64,000 nucleotides of DNA, taken from the IMG/VR virus record IMGVR_UViG_3300025000_000055; one strand, written 5' to 3'. This document shows positions 61,870 to 64,000 of this stretch, piece by piece. The notes under the pieces were generated by a model. It had not been told where the DNA came from, searched no databases, and was given only the letters and a program-made list of their open reading frames with translations. The position numbers were made by a program, and so were the translations under genes. Position 1 is the first letter of the stretch. Every line of letters begins with the position of its first letter. The stretch comes from a virus. Lineage: Duplodnaviria; Caudoviricetes.

Positions 61870-62190
61870 TTATTCAATTGGAATCAAAATTATGGCAGGT
61901 ATACCTCTAGGTTTATCGGGACATAAATCTTTTTCAGAGAATCCTTGCGCTATTAATTTATCAGATAATTTCCTGATATAAGTTTGACCTGCACGTTTAT
62001 TATGAGGATGTGCTAAATAGACACATTTCTTTATTTTCCCTAATGGTTTTTTATCACCAGTACCATCAGAATCTTTCTGTAATACAATGATGTCATTATC
62101 ATTATACGGTTTCAATAATTTAATTAAATCTTTTTTTCTTATATACATTAAAAAGAATCCCTCCATAAATTTATTTTTTATATATGTCAA
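61870..62190 (-). CDS. Hypothetical protein
   Basis: ORF; the true start is likely the internal MYIRKK after GGAGGG. Confidence 0.6.
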   Translation of the reverse strand: MTYIKNKFMEGFFLMYIRKKDLIKLLKPYNDNDIIVLQKDSDGTGDKKPLGKIKKCVYLAHPHNKRAGQTYIRKLSDKLIAQGFSEKDLCPDKPRGIPAIILIPIE

Positions 62191-62464
62191 ATTTATTAAT
62201 CAAATCTCTTGCAATTTTATTAACTGTAGGAGAATTAATTCTATTACAATTAAATTCAATGTTATATTCATCGGCAATTGGTTTTTCTGTAATATAATAA
62301 TATCTACAAATTTCATAAATAGGACACACTTTATATATTTTATTCTTATAAAAATAAACTATTAATTCTTTTTTACAACGTGGACAATATATAGAATTAT
62401 TTGGAATTCTTGCACTTGGTTTATCATTTTTAATAATACTGAATAAATTTATAAATCGTCCCAC
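62171..62464 (-). CDS. Small zinc-ribbon protein
   Basis: CPRC..CP.YEIC motif. Confidence 0.55.
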   Translation of the reverse strand: MGRFINLFSIIKNDKPSARIPNNSIYCPRCKKELIVYFYKNKIYKVCPIYEICRYYYITEKPIADEYNIEFNCNRINSPTVNKIARDLINKFDIYKK

Positions 62465-62483
62465 CTTATCTTAAATATGTTAT

Positions 62484-62636
62484 TTATATTTTAATATCAA
62501 TAGTTAAACCACCACTACTATTTCCAGGTGATTTTTTATCTTTTTTCTTACCTTTTTTTTCTACTTTCTTTTGAAACTTTTCTAACATACTAAATACATC
62601 ATCAATACAAAAATTATCAATGTCTATTTTAGCCAT
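62484..62636 (-). CDS. 50-aa hypothetical protein
   Basis: AAAGGAG RBS; MAKIDIDNFCIDDVFSMLEKFQKK...LTIDIKI; early motif at 62669-62681; below the ORF-track cutoff. Confidence 0.55.
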   Translation of the reverse strand: MAKIDIDNFCIDDVFSMLEKFQKKVEKKGKKKDKKSPGNSSGGLTIDIKI

Positions 62637-62668
62637 ATAAAACACTCCTTTTTTATTTTATTTAAATA

Positions 62669-62681
62669 ATAATATATATTT
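62669..62681 (-). promoter_or_regulatory. Early promoter motif AAATATATATTAT
   Basis: Exact copy in the intergenic region. Confidence 0.55.
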
Positions 62682-62711
62682 ATATATGATTTTGTTGTTG
62701 AAATAATAAAA

Positions 62712-62743
62712 AATAAATCTAAGAAATCATTCTTAGATTTATT
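62712..62743 (-). terminator. Intrinsic terminator
   Basis: AATAAATCTAAGAA-ATCA-TTCTTAGATTTATT. Confidence 0.65.
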
Positions 62744-62750
62744 AAATTAA

Positions 62751-63245
62751 TTATTTGTTATTTAAAATCCGTAGTAGATATAAAATCACATTAGCAGTAA
62801 GTTCAGGATCTTCAATATTGAATTCAGTAAATAATTCTACTGTTTGCATAGGATTTTTAAAATAGAAATATTCTAAGAATTTAATAGCTTTCTTAGTAAA
62901 TTCCTCATCATTTAATTTAGTTACATTTTTCCAATTACAAATAATGTTTTCAGCATTACGTTCAAATTGAAGGAGAACATCGTTCTCGTCTTCTATTTCA
63001 AAATTAATATATGTTTTTGAAGTTAAAAAAGCTACAAATCTAGCGAATGAAATAATTTTAATATTTTTAATTCCAGGATATTTTGTAATTAAATAATAAA
63101 TTGCATTGTTAAAAACATCACCATATTTTTTATAATTAGTAACAGTAACATTAAAATACCCCTTACTTTTTATTAGATCTATTATTTTACTTTCATCATC
63201 AGGATTATTGAAATATTTTAAAACAATTTGTTTATTTAATATCAT
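62751..63245 (-). CDS. Hypothetical protein
   Basis: GAGGGG RBS; 164 aa. Confidence 0.65.
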   Translation of the reverse strand: MILNKQIVLKYFNNPDDESKIIDLIKSKGYFNVTVTNYKKYGDVFNNAIYYLITKYPGIKNIKIISFARFVAFLTSKTYINFEIEDENDVLLQFERNAENIICNWKNVTKLNDEEFTKKAIKFLEYFYFKNPMQTVELFTEFNIEDPELTANVILYLLRILNNK

Positions 63246-63267
63246 TATAAAAACCCCTCTTTTTATT

Positions 63268-63606
63268 TTAAAATAATTTTAATTTCTTTAATAAATTTTC
63301 AACATCACATACTATATCCTGTTTCAATTTATTAAAAGCACTGTTACGACCTAGGTTATACATATGTAATAATTCGGCTATAACTTTGAGTTTATTTAAA
63401 TGGTTTTCACTATTTAAATTTTTAATAGATGTTTCTAAACTTAAAAATAATTCTTCATATTCTGGATTATTTTTAGCTGTTATTTCAATAAAAATATCCT
63501 TATTTAATTTCCAAATAGCCCCATCTAAGTCATATTCATAAGGAATATAAACATATAAGTATTCGTCAATCCCATCAATTTCTTTATACAATATTAATTC
63601 GTCCAT
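63268..63606 (-). CDS. Hypothetical protein
   Basis: AGGGGG RBS; early motif variant at 63667-63679. Confidence 0.65.
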   Translation of the reverse strand: MDELILYKEIDGIDEYLYVYIPYEYDLDGAIWKLNKDIFIEITAKNNPEYEELFLSLETSIKNLNSENHLNKLKVIAELLHMYNLGRNSAFNKLKQDIVCDVENLLKKLKLF

Positions 63607-63787
63607 ACTTTAACCCCCTATACTTTTATCTAATAACATTAATAAATTCCCTTTCTTCTTTATTTAATGATATATATTTATAATTAAACTTATTTATTAT
63701 AAAAAAATAGGGTGGATAAAATTAATCCACCCAAAAAAGTATTTTATTTTAAAACATGTTCTCTAATTTTTTTGTTATAAATAACTT

Positions 63788-64000
63788 TTATCCCCTCATT
63801 CCCCATGATTTTTCTGATTTTTGGAATAGTCCATTTCCAAAAATCCTTATCAGCATTGGTTAACCAAGCGTTGGTATCTTTTTCTTTCTTATATTCATTT
63901 AGAAGTTTTCCTATTATTGACATAGGAAAACTTCTTCCCTCTACTGCACAAATTGATCTATAACCACTACCAATAAATGGAGTTGTTTCACCCCAACTAC
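63788..64000 (-). CDS. 3' end of a gene entering from outside the window
   Basis: Open frame ...SWGETTPFIGSGYRSIC...SWGMRG stop, followed by the hairpin at 63710-63732. Confidence 0.5.

Noticed and set aside
55908-62365. Track ORFs 55908-56090, 58579-58770, 61311-61631 and 62087-62365
   Set aside because: Antisense or alternate-frame overlaps with no independent support.
1-64000. tRNA, rRNA, chimallin, PhuZ tubulin and Ugi genes
   Set aside because: None was recognisable by eye in this window; they may lie elsewhere in the genome, and a tRNAscan or HMM search would be needed to exclude them.

Overview
This is 64 kb of a very AT-rich jumbo phage genome of the AR9/PBS1 branch of phiKZ-like phages; the host is probably a Bacillota (Clostridia or Paenibacillus-like). 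It encodes a two-gene family B DNA polymerase, primase, SF2 helicase, SbcC-like ATPase and a GroEL-like chaperonin. Transcription genes are the non-virion RNAP beta'-C and gp226-like promoter-specificity subunits plus a probable small virion-RNAP beta' fragment. Virion genes include prohead protease, major capsid, terminase, portal, tail sheath and tail tube. The main hidden structure is a family of seven closely related group I introns: three in RNAP beta'-C, two in DNA polymerase, one in terminase and one in portal. For each, the splice junctions can be read from the P1 U.G pair and terminal G, and splicing restores the reading frame and a conserved motif. Other notable features are two degenerate Tad1-like domains fused to new C-terminal domains, a two-part HrpA/HrpB-like RNA helicase, and a foreign SGNH-esterase/tyrosine-recombinase block with an att-like palindrome. 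AR9-like early and late promoter motifs can be mapped across the window. Homology calls come from motif recognition and remembered reference sequences, not from database searches.
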